Below are positions 38,773-48,278 of a stretch of DNA of 64,000 nt, piece by piece (position 1 is the stretch's first letter; the number at the start of each line of letters is the position of its first letter). Location of the stretch: the NCBI GenBank assembly GCA_943788655.1, contig CALSRB010000002.1, positions 200,989-264,988 of the forward strand, given 5' to 3'. The notes under the pieces were generated by a model that was given only the letters and a program-made list of their open reading frames with translations, did no database searches and was not told the origin of the DNA. Source of the stretch: Candidatus Poseidoniaceae archaeon (GTDB taxonomy: Archaea > Thermoplasmatota > Poseidoniia > Poseidoniales > Poseidoniaceae). Made by a program: the position numbers and the translations under genes.

Positions 38773-41253
38773 ATGCGCTGGCACTTCATCCTCGTGATGC
38801 TGTTCCTCCACAGCGCCACTCCACTCGCCTCAACAATCGGGGAAGCTGCGCATGCATCCTCACGATCAACCGATGCCACGTTGGTGGGATTGGAGGAAAC
38901 TGTCGTCCACAGAAATGAGCTCGTAGAGGTCCAATTCACCCTCCATAACCGCGGTTCACAAGAGCAAACATTCACCATCAATGCCACGAGCATCCCGTCT
39001 GACCTCCTTGTATCTGGCCTCCCTCTTACGCACACGCTTGAAGCAGGGTATCTGAAAAATCTAAAATTCAACCTCAGCGCCATACCCACTGCACCTTATG
39101 GTACACTCACAATCGAACTCGAACTCACAACGAGTGATGATGCTGAATGGAATGAACAGGCAAACGCAAGCGTGCGTGTCGCACCATATTCAAGACTGGA
39201 TTTCGGAACCCAGGACATCTCCTCATTCATCAGCGATGCTGGGACACGAACCTCTGTCGCAGTGAACATCACCAACAATGCATCCTTCGATGATGATGTG
39301 CTCTTCAACTTGTACACAACAAGCGGTTGGAATTGGGGATGGACCATGAATAACTCAGATGGCGTCAATGCATACGAAACGCTCGCACCGGGGCAGTTGG
39401 CCTACGTCTACCTCTGGGTCGATGTTCCTGAAATTATTGACGGAAGCCCTCTTGCAAACACTGGCCCACGCTTCCAGTTGAAGGCGGTCTCAGGCCTCGA
39501 TAGAGCTGTGTCCCAGTGGTCGTTTGACCTCCTACTCGATGCATACAGGAATGCTTCCATCGATGCCAAGGACGAGGACTTAGTCCTTGACCCGGGTGCG
39601 AATGGCCGCATCAGTGTCGATGTACGCAATGTTGGCAACACCAACAACCGCCTCGACATAACGCTGCAAGCAATTGACCAACAAGGCCAACCAATATCCG
39701 GCATTGCCCTTGAGGACAGAATTGCGAGAAATGGGTGGACGATGGCGCTCTTCGGTGGCCTCGAGGAAGTTGAACTTGGGCCAAATGAGACTCGAACCAT
39801 CGAAATCGGTTTCCAAGCCCCCGGTGATTACACAGGGACCATCGATGTTAGGGTCCGTGTGTTTGCCTTGGGAGCACAAGAACGGGTGCGCACCGTTGAC
39901 GTCGGTGCTACGATTGAATGGAAGCGAAATGCAACGCTTGCGTTACAAACTGATCAATGCCGATCGCTGTTGCCAAACACCTCATGCTCAGCATCGGTGT
40001 TCATCGAAAACACTGGAAACGCACGGGACACCTTTTCGTTCCATCTCATTGAGGCTCCTCCATCTGTTATGGCTACTTTAACCGAAACGAGCGTGAGCCT
40101 AAACCCGTTTGAATCGACTGTGATTGAGTTCATACAAATCCAAGCCTCGGCAGAAGCGCTGGCCTTCCAAACTGGTGATGTCGATGTTGAAATCCATCTC
40201 GGTGGAACCGATACGATTGTCGGTGCAATTGGTGTACCAACCAAGATTGCCCCGGTGATCAGTTGGGTGTTTGAAGACATCGAGGAAACAATCGACAAGA
40301 ACGGACGCCTTTCGATTTCTATGACGGCCCGCAATGAGGGAAATGCTGTTGATGGTTTGCTGGTGCAACTGCAATCGTCACATTCGACCCCGATGTCATT
40401 CATCCCCCCTTTCATCGCTGTTTATGAAGAAAACATCGAATACCCCCGCTCCTATGAAATAACGAACATCCCCATTGGATTCAATTTCACAATCGAAGCA
40501 TGGGTCGATCTTCCTCAAGATCAACTCAGCAATGGTACAGTGTATGTCAACACAACCGTACGCTCACAATTTGCCCCGGATGAACCATTTGTTCAAACGA
40601 GTACGGGTGGTTACCTCGGGACCCCTTGGCAGGCAACGGAAGAGACTGGAGGCTGGTTCGACCCTTCGACCATCATCGCAACCATCGTGGAAATATTCAC
40701 TGCATGGCTGTGGGTCATCATCTCGATCGTCATATCAGTTGCCATCATCCAACGAGCATATTCGGCCCGAAAAGAGCGCACAGCGGAACGACTGCTGTTC
40801 GAAGAAATGCACGCACCTAAGCCAAAAGAAGCCCCTGAGGACTGGATGCAAAAATTCCAAGTAAAGCCAAAACAGGTGCAACAAGAAGCCGTCATGGCAG
40901 TTTCTGCAGAACACTTCCAGCAGGCATTCACCAACCGTGCTGGCGCACCAACACCCGCTCCTGCCCCTGTGCAGGCGGATATTCATGGTGCCGCAGCTCA
41001 AGCATTGGACGCTCAAGACAATTTACGAACCATTGCAAAGGCCGATGATTTGCTGCTCGACATTGAAACAGGAAACGTTGCCCAGCCAATGGCAAACCAA
41101 GCGATTCTTCCTGATGTGGTGATACCATCCAACATGACGGTACGCCATGACCCAAAAGAGGTTCTCGGAACCACCAACTCAGAGATCACATCAGCCAGCG
41201 TACCGCTCCCCTCTGTACCATCGATGATGGATCTTGACGATTTGGATGTGTGA
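38773..41253 (+). CDS. Cell-surface glycoprotein, a candidate S-layer or envelope protein. It has a signal peptide, tandem CARDB-like domains, many N-glycosylation sequons, a C-terminal TM helix and a cytoplasmic tail.
   Basis: The signal is ILVMLFLHSATPLAS. CARDB-type motifs are DVRNVGNT, IENTGNA and ARNEGNA. There are at least 13 N-x-S/T sequons. The TM is IIATIVEIFTAWLWVIISIVISVAII, followed by a tail of about 150 aa containing PTPAPAPV. Confidence 0.65.
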   Translation: MRWHFILVMLFLHSATPLASTIGEAAHASSRSTDATLVGLEETVVHRNELVEVQFTLHNRGSQEQTFTINATSIPSDLLVSGLPLTHTLEAGYLKNLKFNLSAIPTAPYGTLTIELELTTSDDAEWNEQANASVRVAPYSRLDFGTQDISSFISDAGTRTSVAVNITNNASFDDDVLFNLYTTSGWNWGWTMNNSDGVNAYETLAPGQLAYVYLWVDVPEIIDGSPLANTGPRFQLKAVSGLDRAVSQWSFDLLLDAYRNASIDAKDEDLVLDPGANGRISVDVRNVGNTNNRLDITLQAIDQQGQPISGIALEDRIARNGWTMALFGGLEEVELGPNETRTIEIGFQAPGDYTGTIDVRVRVFALGAQERVRTVDVGATIEWKRNATLALQTDQCRSLLPNTSCSASVFIENTGNARDTFSFHLIEAPPSVMATLTETSVSLNPFESTVIEFIQIQASAEALAFQTGDVDVEIHLGGTDTIVGAIGVPTKIAPVISWVFEDIEETIDKNGRLSISMTARNEGNAVDGLLVQLQSSHSTPMSFIPPFIAVYEENIEYPRSYEITNIPIGFNFTIEAWVDLPQDQLSNGTVYVNTTVRSQFAPDEPFVQTSTGGYLGTPWQATEETGGWFDPSTIIATIVEIFTAWLWVIISIVISVAIIQRAYSARKERTAERLLFEEMHAPKPKEAPEDWMQKFQVKPKQVQQEAVMAVSAEHFQQAFTNRAGAPTPAPAPVQADIHGAAAQALDAQDNLRTIAKADDLLLDIETGNVAQPMANQAILPDVVIPSNMTVRHDPKEVLGTTNSEITSASVPLPSVPSMMDLDDLDV

Positions 41254-41256
41254 ACC

Positions 41257-41985
41257 ATGTGGTCTGCTGGCGTAGATGAGGCGGGGCGAGGCCCTGTCAT
41301 TGGACCCTTAGTTGTAGGCGCTGTCGCCATTCCAACTGCCGACCTGCCAATGCTGAAGCAGAACGGTATCCGTGATTCTAAGGATTTGAGTCACGAAAAG
41401 AGAGTTGCAATGGCTGATTGGTTTCATCAACAAGCGGAGCAACGCGGTTGGTTTCATCAGGTAATTGTCTGCCCGCCACCACGCATTGATGCTGCCGTCA
41501 TCCATAATGGATTGAACCTCTTGGAAGTTGAGTTGTTTGCAGAGGCACTTAACCCAATGCGAAAGAACGTCGAAGAAGGCGTCAAAATCCTCAATGATGC
41601 GTGTGATGTGAACGCTCAGCGGTTCACTGATCGCATAGCCGCACGGCTCACAGGCTGGCCATGGAATCAATCCACGATGAAATCGGAGCATAAAGCAGAC
41701 ACAAACCACCCCATCGTAGGCATGGCGAGCATCCTCGCAAAAGTACGAAGGGATGAGATCATCGAAGCATTGAGAATCAAAATTGGCACGCCAATTGGCT
41801 CAGGCTACCCATCGGATCCCAACACAAAGGCAGCTCTTCCGTTCCTCCTGTCAGGTGACACTCCCCACGAAGCACTGCGTTGGTCCTGGAAAACGGTGAC
41901 GCGAGAATGGAACCTGCTTCATGGTCAAGACCCTCCCTCGCGACCAGCACCAAACCAAAACCAACGCACATTGTTTGATGCTTGA
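41257..41985 (+). CDS. rnhB: Ribonuclease HII
   Basis: AGVDEAGRGPVIGPLV carries the DEAGRG catalytic motif, with the DSK and GSGYPSD motifs following. Confidence 0.85.
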   Translation: MWSAGVDEAGRGPVIGPLVVGAVAIPTADLPMLKQNGIRDSKDLSHEKRVAMADWFHQQAEQRGWFHQVIVCPPPRIDAAVIHNGLNLLEVELFAEALNPMRKNVEEGVKILNDACDVNAQRFTDRIAARLTGWPWNQSTMKSEHKADTNHPIVGMASILAKVRRDEIIEALRIKIGTPIGSGYPSDPNTKAALPFLLSGDTPHEALRWSWKTVTREWNLLHGQDPPSRPAPNQNQRTLFDA

Positions 41986-41988
41986 CCG

Positions 41989-43755
41989 TTGTTTGGTTCC
42001 ACTCAATTGATGAAGGGTAGGCGACAGCACCGAATGAGTCCCATGTCTTGGTCGCCAGATGAAGCAACCCTTGCTGCGTTCCGACATCTCGCGATCCAGA
42101 ACGCCATCGAGTATGAAGGAAAGGCTGCACCAGGTTCTGTGATTGGCCGCCTCATGGGGACACGGGCAGACCTCCGCCAACATGGAAAGATCATTTCTCC
42201 GCTCATTGCAAAAGCAGTGGCTGATGCAAACGCAATGGCTGCGAACGAAGGTCTTGATGCACTCAGAGACATTCTTTCCAAGGAAGCCCCACACTTGCTG
42301 GAAAAGCGTGAGAAAAAGGAACGAAGGGTCGGACTTCCAGAATTAAAAAATGCTGTGAAAGGCAAGGTCGTCCTCCGTTTCGCACCAAACCCAAACGGTT
42401 CACTCAGTTTCGGGCACGCCCGAGGAATTGTCATCAATGGAGAATACGCCAAAGAGTGGGATGGTGAACTCATTCTTCGATTTGACGATACCGACACAGT
42501 GGTCAAACCTCCGCTTCCGCAAGCCTATGAAGACATACCAAAAGAAGCGGAATGGTTGCTCGGTTATGCACCTCACCGCATTGTCATTGCGAGTGACAGA
42601 ATCCCGCACTACTATGAGCACGCTGAACAAATGCTTCAGGAAGGTTTTGGATATGTATGTCAGTGTTCTGGCGAGGCTTTCAAAGTGTTCAGAGTCGACA
42701 AAACCGAATGCCCATGCCGACCAAACTCTCCTGAGCTCAACATGGAACTGTGGGGCAAAATGCTTGATGGGACATTCAAGCCTGGCGATGCAGTCGTTCG
42801 AGTCAAGACAGATATGACGCTGAAAAACCCGGCACTGAGGGATTGGCCCGCTCTCAGAATGCAAGACACAGCGAACCATCCCCACCCGCGATCGGGCGTT
42901 GGTTCCACCTACCGTGTCTGGCCATTGTTGGATTTCCAGAGTGCCGTTGAAGATCACCTCCAAGGCGTCACGCATATCATCCGTGGAAAGGATTTGATGG
43001 ACTCGACGAGGAAGCAAACTTTGTTGTACGCTCACTTCGGTTGGTCGTACCCTGAAACCATGTATTGGGGCAGGGTCAAGGTGCACGAGTGGGGAGGCTT
43101 TTCGACCTCACAGATGCGACGGGACATCGAGGCAGGCACCTTTACCGGATGGGACGACCCACGTCTGCCAACCCTTCAAGCATTGAAGCGCAGGGGCATC
43201 ACATCAGAAGCGCTCCGAGCCTTTTGGGTTGAACTCGGTGTGACGCAGAAAGATATCTCAGTGCCGCTTTCAGCTCTTTTCTCTCATAACACAAAGCAAA
43301 TTGATGATGACGCACCTCGCCTTGCATTCATTCGATCGCCGATTGAAGTTGACCTCACTGGAGATCATCCTCTACAAGTAGAAATTGATGTGCATCCAAA
43401 CCATGCATCGATGGGGCAACGAAGATTCTCCTTTGAGCCTGCAACACTGTGGCTTGAAGAGGAAGACATGGCCAAAGGAAACCTCCGTTTGAAGGGGTTT
43501 GCTGATCTTGAAATCGAAGAGCAATCAGCAACCGTGGCATCAATTGAGCGAAGTGACCAGCGACCCATTGTCCACTGGCTAAGTGAGGCTCAGAGTTGCG
43601 AAGCCACATTGATCGTTGCGAAGGACGGAGAGATTATTGAGCACAAGGGACGGATGGAGCGTCATGACTACCCAGAGGGTACCATGGTTCAGTTGGAAAG
43701 AATCGGCTATGGCCGAGTGCTGAATGCGACCACAATTTTGTTCAGCCACTCCTGA
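41989..43755 (+). CDS. gltX: Glutamate--tRNA ligase, an archaeal class I, probably non-discriminating GluRS
   Basis: The HIGH-region is FAPNPNGSLSFGHARG. Archaeal GluRS blocks RFDDTD and THIIRGKDLMDS are present, along with a C-terminal anticodon-binding beta-barrel. The true start may be an internal ATG (MSPMSW...). Confidence 0.8.
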   Translation: MFGSTQLMKGRRQHRMSPMSWSPDEATLAAFRHLAIQNAIEYEGKAAPGSVIGRLMGTRADLRQHGKIISPLIAKAVADANAMAANEGLDALRDILSKEAPHLLEKREKKERRVGLPELKNAVKGKVVLRFAPNPNGSLSFGHARGIVINGEYAKEWDGELILRFDDTDTVVKPPLPQAYEDIPKEAEWLLGYAPHRIVIASDRIPHYYEHAEQMLQEGFGYVCQCSGEAFKVFRVDKTECPCRPNSPELNMELWGKMLDGTFKPGDAVVRVKTDMTLKNPALRDWPALRMQDTANHPHPRSGVGSTYRVWPLLDFQSAVEDHLQGVTHIIRGKDLMDSTRKQTLLYAHFGWSYPETMYWGRVKVHEWGGFSTSQMRRDIEAGTFTGWDDPRLPTLQALKRRGITSEALRAFWVELGVTQKDISVPLSALFSHNTKQIDDDAPRLAFIRSPIEVDLTGDHPLQVEIDVHPNHASMGQRRFSFEPATLWLEEEDMAKGNLRLKGFADLEIEEQSATVASIERSDQRPIVHWLSEAQSCEATLIVAKDGEIIEHKGRMERHDYPEGTMVQLERIGYGRVLNATTILFSHS

Positions 43756-43802
43756 AGAATGACAAAGGAAGGCTCTTAGAGCCAACGCCTCGTCTTGCCA
43801 AC

Positions 43803-44213
43803 ATGGCCAAGACCGTCGCTGACTTGAACCTCGATGATGAACACATCACAATTGGCATTGAGGATACAATCCAAGAAGGAGCGCGTCGGATGTTGAGCAT
43901 TACTGGCGGTATTGTGGTCGTACTCTCTCATGACAACAAGGTGCGTGGTGTTCTTGGACACAATCAGTTCTTGAAGGCCATGGCAGAATCTGTTGATCCA
44001 ACAACCTCAACATGTGCCGAATGGATGGAAATGGATTTCCTCCAAGTCCAACAGAAAGACACGCTCAAACATGTGTTGTCAGAAATCAAGAAGCGTTCAC
44101 CACAAGCCGTTGTAGCCGTTGATTCGAACGGTGAATTCTGTGGATACTTTTCACCGAGTGATTATCAAGAGGCAAGCAACTTAGTGAGCACGCTTCGATC
44201 TGTCGGCATGTGA
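43803..44213 (+). CDS. CBS-domain pair protein
   Basis: Two CBS-like beta-alpha-beta-beta-alpha units (GIVVVLSHDNKVRGVLG and AVVAVDSNGEFCGYFS). 136 aa. Confidence 0.6.
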   Translation: MAKTVADLNLDDEHITIGIEDTIQEGARRMLSITGGIVVVLSHDNKVRGVLGHNQFLKAMAESVDPTTSTCAEWMEMDFLQVQQKDTLKHVLSEIKKRSPQAVVAVDSNGEFCGYFSPSDYQEASNLVSTLRSVGM

Positions 44214-44215
44214 GA

Positions 44216-46279
44216 TCAAGCCACGAGCTTGATGACACGAGCGCAACCTGCACAAGCAAATCTCAACGGCCGCTCATTGCTGAGCACAGGGTTTGGAGTT
44301 GAACATGCAGGGCACGGGATGGTTTGTGTGTTGGCCTGAGGCATGGCGTCTCCCGGTAGGCGTGTTCGTGGACTGGAAACTGCAGTGATGAACCACAGAA
44401 GAACGGTGAACACCACTGCTCCTGCGACAAACATATTTGAGAAGGCGAAGAGATGGATGAAGGCGATAAGTGGAATCAGCAGTAATTCAAGCGCCAAGAG
44501 GCTTCTTGATCTGTTCTTTGACAAACGCAAGGCAACGAAGAGCCCTGCAAATAAAGCCATTCCAACGCCGATTGTAAGGGGCATCGGTGCCGCTATGGGC
44601 GAAGCGGTTGGAAGGAAAGCAATCGTGAATTTCTCCTCTTGGCCAAGGCCCTCAGCATCAATCGAGAGGGTTTCTCCCCATGGGAATCGTGAGTGACTCA
44701 CTTCAAATTCCTCGGATTGGAACGTCTTTGGCGTCAAGAAGGCTGAGAAGCCAGACGATGTACCCTCCAGTGAGACATCCAATTGAGACCAAATGGGGCT
44801 GGTTTGCACAACGATGAAATCCCTGAGAAACTCCATTTGCGTGTTGGCCGTTACCGTTTGCACTGACTTAAACACCAAAGAGACTGGGTGATTCACCACA
44901 TCGACCTCGCCGTGGAGGTCAAGTTTGATTTCAGTTGAGGAAAAAGAACTGTCCCGGTAATCTCCAAGCAAGTCATCACTGTCAAGGCCGAGGCCTTGGA
45001 ACATGAAAAACGAATACAATCCTGAGGCTGTACCAGATTTCAACTGCATTTGGTTTTCAAATTCATTGACCTCATTTGCCTCAATCGATCGACTCGTTCG
45101 GTCATCATCGGTGACTGACCCTTCGTCGAATGCTTGCAGAGCGGGTGACAAATCGGTGACATCATCACCAATGTGGTCCAGCCCCCAACGCATCCAAAAT
45201 GCCATTTCATCCTCAATGGTAATCGTGGTTTCACGGGTAAGTTGTGGGCCTCCTTCTCCACTGGCAAGAGCGAACGTACCAGTCACAGAAATTTTGCTCC
45301 CTTCACCATCGGTTTGCAGGGGTTCATCTGGTGGGTAGTAAGTTCCAGTACCGCCATTTGAATCGAACGTTTCTACAAGAAATGTCGTGGTTCCAGAAAG
45401 GATGCTATCGCCTTCTTGCAGGACCATTTCGACCTTCGCTTCGACGGATTCTTCCCCTCCGGTTGCATCCAACCATGTCCATGTGATTCGAACACCATCA
45501 CCTTGAGAGGTCTCGATTGGGTCGCCTTCTAGAAGAACCCCATTGACTCTCATGTTGAGCGACTCGGAGTTGGAGAGAATTTTCGTACCCCACGATGAAT
45601 CAATAACCACAGAAAAATAGACTTCTGAACCTTCAACCTCTGGTTCGAGAAGCGTCAGTGACATGAGGGGCATGTCTCCTTTAATCACAGAGTCACTTTC
45701 TTCACTTCCCCATTGAAATTGGAGTTGTGCTTCACCAGTTGGCAAATTGAAGACCACGCTGCGTGCGGTCACAGTGAGGACAACATTGCTGGAAGAGGAG
45801 ATTGAGGTGCTGTCCACATCTATTTCGAATTGGAGCGTCCCGGTTCCTTGGCCCAAAAATGAGTCGCCTGGTCCAGTCTGTGCAGTGTATGTTTGTGAAC
45901 CGATTTGCAAGGATGCTGTTGCGTTCACCTGCGCACCTGCAGCGTTGGTGACTTCGTAGGCGATGTCGACTTCCCAAGTTGACGCAGGGACTGTGCCAGG
46001 CCAAACCTCAGGCAACGACCATGTTCCCACTGTTTCTTCGGACGCAACAGCGGTAGCGATGGTCTTCGTCATGGTCGTTTCAGTGAGATCTTGTACGAAT
46101 GGTGTGAGCGATCCGCTGCTATCGGAGCCAATCAAGTGAAGAGATACGCCGACTGAATCGCAGCAAACTGTCGTGTCCTCGGCTTGCGCGTAGCCAACGA
46201 ACATGCTGTTCATCGGAGCGAACAGAGCAACCAAAAAGATGGATGCAAAAAACAACGGACGCCACGACATGGTTGTCAC
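44216..46279 (-). CDS. Membrane-anchored surface protein of 687 aa, with a signal peptide, a beta-rich ectodomain, one TM helix and a cytoplasmic C-terminal zinc ribbon
   Basis: The signal is LFFASIFLVALFAPMNSMFVGYA. The TM is LIPLIAFIHLFAFSNMFVAGAVVFTVLLWFI. The tail ends CPACS...CAGC. Confidence 0.55.
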   Translation of the reverse strand: MTTMSWRPLFFASIFLVALFAPMNSMFVGYAQAEDTTVCCDSVGVSLHLIGSDSSGSLTPFVQDLTETTMTKTIATAVASEETVGTWSLPEVWPGTVPASTWEVDIAYEVTNAAGAQVNATASLQIGSQTYTAQTGPGDSFLGQGTGTLQFEIDVDSTSISSSSNVVLTVTARSVVFNLPTGEAQLQFQWGSEESDSVIKGDMPLMSLTLLEPEVEGSEVYFSVVIDSSWGTKILSNSESLNMRVNGVLLEGDPIETSQGDGVRITWTWLDATGGEESVEAKVEMVLQEGDSILSGTTTFLVETFDSNGGTGTYYPPDEPLQTDGEGSKISVTGTFALASGEGGPQLTRETTITIEDEMAFWMRWGLDHIGDDVTDLSPALQAFDEGSVTDDDRTSRSIEANEVNEFENQMQLKSGTASGLYSFFMFQGLGLDSDDLLGDYRDSSFSSTEIKLDLHGEVDVVNHPVSLVFKSVQTVTANTQMEFLRDFIVVQTSPIWSQLDVSLEGTSSGFSAFLTPKTFQSEEFEVSHSRFPWGETLSIDAEGLGQEEKFTIAFLPTASPIAAPMPLTIGVGMALFAGLFVALRLSKNRSRSLLALELLLIPLIAFIHLFAFSNMFVAGAVVFTVLLWFITAVSSPRTRLPGDAMPQANTQTIPCPACSTPNPVLSNERPLRFACAGCARVIKLVA

Positions 46280-46339
46280 TCAAAGCGGACCAAACGCACT
46301 TGGCTCATAACATGCACGATGCTTCGTGAGTTAAAGCAA

Positions 46340-46690
46340 CTAAAGTGCCTTTTCCAAAAGCGCCCCAAGTTCTTTCTCAAACAAGGACACCACTGCCTCC
46401 CCAACCTCGCCTTGGAGGTCATCTGGAAGCAAGCGTAAGCCAAGTCGAGTGGCCGCTCGTGTCGCCTTCAATTCAGCATAGACGGTTCGGGCCTTGGTGT
46501 GGAAATAGTAAGCAACAGCCTCTTTGATTTCGGCTTTGAGGTCAGGGTCTTCATCGACTTTTTGTCGGATGTGAGCCTTCAATTCGTCCTTCACAAGGTC
46601 TCGAAACGCTTCGATGACCAAATCTTCTGTTGACATCAAATCTTGAACTTGGTCGCGAATGCTCCCTGTGAGAAGTCGTTCAATGGCCAT
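46340..46690 (-). CDS. Hypothetical small alpha-helical protein of about 116 aa (MAIERLLTGSIRDQVQDLMS...)
   Basis: The ATG at 46690 was preferred. The track's extension to 46786 runs through a G9/C9 homopolymer and overlaps the upstream gene. No motif recognised. Confidence 0.4.
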   Translation of the reverse strand: MAIERLLTGSIRDQVQDLMSTEDLVIEAFRDLVKDELKAHIRQKVDEDPDLKAEIKEAVAYYFHTKARTVYAELKATRAATRLGLRLLPDDLQGEVGEAVVSLFEKELGALLEKAL

Positions 46691-46715
46691 GATCGGCCTA
46701 AGGGGGGGGGTGGTT

Positions 46716-47651
46716 TCAATCCGTCGATGCCGTCGATGGTTCGAAAGCGCCGTGAAGAATGAAAAAATCAGCCAATTTCGAAGCATGGATTTTGGCTGCG
46801 TCCGCTTCTTTTGGCCATGCCTCCATGGCGATGTGAAGTTGACTCACAACATCCACTGGATGATCTGCGATCAGCAAACGATGCCAAATGAGTTCCTCGA
46901 GTCGAGGTGTTGAAAGATTGGAACCTGTGAGGCAAGGCAACACCAATTCCGAAAGGGCTTGTGTCCGGGCCTCGACATCCATGGACGGCCAGGCCTTCGT
47001 GAGGCGCTTAAGCATCCGTTCTGAGAGGTTAGGAATCATATCGTTCGAGGGAGATGGCACATCTGGAAGAGCAACAACTCGTAACGACCCTTCTTCACTC
47101 AACACGTCCCTGATGGATGTGTGGACGGGATCGAACGTGGTGTCGAGGGCTTCTCGCAACCATAACCCGGAGCCAGCGAAGGGTCGGAGGCGACGCACCC
47201 GTGGTCCATTGGGGGCAAGCGCAGAAGCAATCGCTGCGCATTGAGCAACCACATCGAGGGCCCCTTGGCGTGCATTCTTGCTGGTACCAAGTCGGACGCT
47301 CACAGAAAGTGGCGTGATGTGAGTGGGTGAGCGTTGCTTGATGTCTTCGATGGCCCATGTTTCCTCAAACGGGTCGAGAAACAAAAGGCACCCGTCATCC
47401 ACCTGCTGCGGTTGAACCACTTCGTCTCGAGGAAGGGTGCGATGTGGCGGCATGAACCTGCGAACATACGGCAGACCAAGGTCCAAACAAGCCGCTTCAA
47501 TGAACCCCAAGCTAAGGACGCCTGCTGCATCTGCCGGCGCATGAATATGAACCTGCGATGCGGTTCGTATCGAATCACAAATAGCCTCCATGATTGGGCG
47601 TATGTCATCGAATGGTGCGGAAGCCAGCATGTCCTTCATTGCCGCCACCAC
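46716..47651 (-). CDS. Hypothetical protein, possibly a degenerate DHH/RecJ-like fold. Weak.
   Basis: The N-terminal HIHAPADAAGVLSLGFIEAAC resembles DHH motif I and II spacing, but the catalytic Asp and His residues are incomplete. 311 aa. Confidence 0.3.
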   Translation of the reverse strand: MVAAMKDMLASAPFDDIRPIMEAICDSIRTASQVHIHAPADAAGVLSLGFIEAACLDLGLPYVRRFMPPHRTLPRDEVVQPQQVDDGCLLFLDPFEETWAIEDIKQRSPTHITPLSVSVRLGTSKNARQGALDVVAQCAAIASALAPNGPRVRRLRPFAGSGLWLREALDTTFDPVHTSIRDVLSEEGSLRVVALPDVPSPSNDMIPNLSERMLKRLTKAWPSMDVEARTQALSELVLPCLTGSNLSTPRLEELIWHRLLIADHPVDVVSQLHIAMEAWPKEADAAKIHASKLADFFILHGAFEPSTASTD

Positions 47652-47706
47652 ACATAAGCAAGGGGTGGCTGTTCATCAGCCTACCGAGTGAAACAACTGT
47701 TAGACT

Positions 47707-48165
47707 TCACTCGACCATGAGCCGGAGTTCGTCTCGCTTGTATCGCCAGTCAGATGGCAAGCGACCTTCACCGATGTAGTAGTTCGACAATCGGCGAATC
47801 TTTGATTCGGTGATCTCGAGGGAGCGCTTGTTGTGCAGGTCCTTGTGGTTGCCGCTTCCTAAGTGGTTGATGATGGCGACGGCTTGGCGCATGAGGTTCA
47901 TCATGTCCTCTGGGTAAGTTCCACCGATGTCGTTCTCAGCGAGAACAGCGCCGATGCGCTTTCCGAGAACAAGTCGAACGTTAGGAACAGCGTGTTGGTC
48001 ACGAAGAATGGTGCCGATTTCCGCTGTGGAGTGACCGGCCTTTCCGAGGTCAAGAATGAGTTCTGTAACGGCTTTTGCATCGGTGTTTGACCACTCTGGT
48101 GCTTCGCTTACAAACGGTCTGTTTGAGCCGCTCTTTCCTTTGCGTGACTTGTACATACGTGCCAT
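47707..48165 (-). CDS. rps15: Ribosomal protein S15P (S13e)
   Basis: The N-terminus is MARMYKSRKGKSGS..., with the S13e N-domain and S15 C-domain (...LRLMVE). 152 aa. Confidence 0.85.
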   Translation of the reverse strand: MARMYKSRKGKSGSNRPFVSEAPEWSNTDAKAVTELILDLGKAGHSTAEIGTILRDQHAVPNVRLVLGKRIGAVLAENDIGGTYPEDMMNLMRQAVAIINHLGSGNHKDLHNKRSLEITESKIRRLSNYYIGEGRLPSDWRYKRDELRLMVE

Positions 48166-48278
48166 AAGGACATCTCCAAGGAAAACGGCGACTTGTCACC
48201 CCTTCTTAATCGCTCCGCTTGTTCTCAACGCAACATGAAGGTGAGAAACGATTTACTGCTCAGCCGTAGGCCAAGAAT

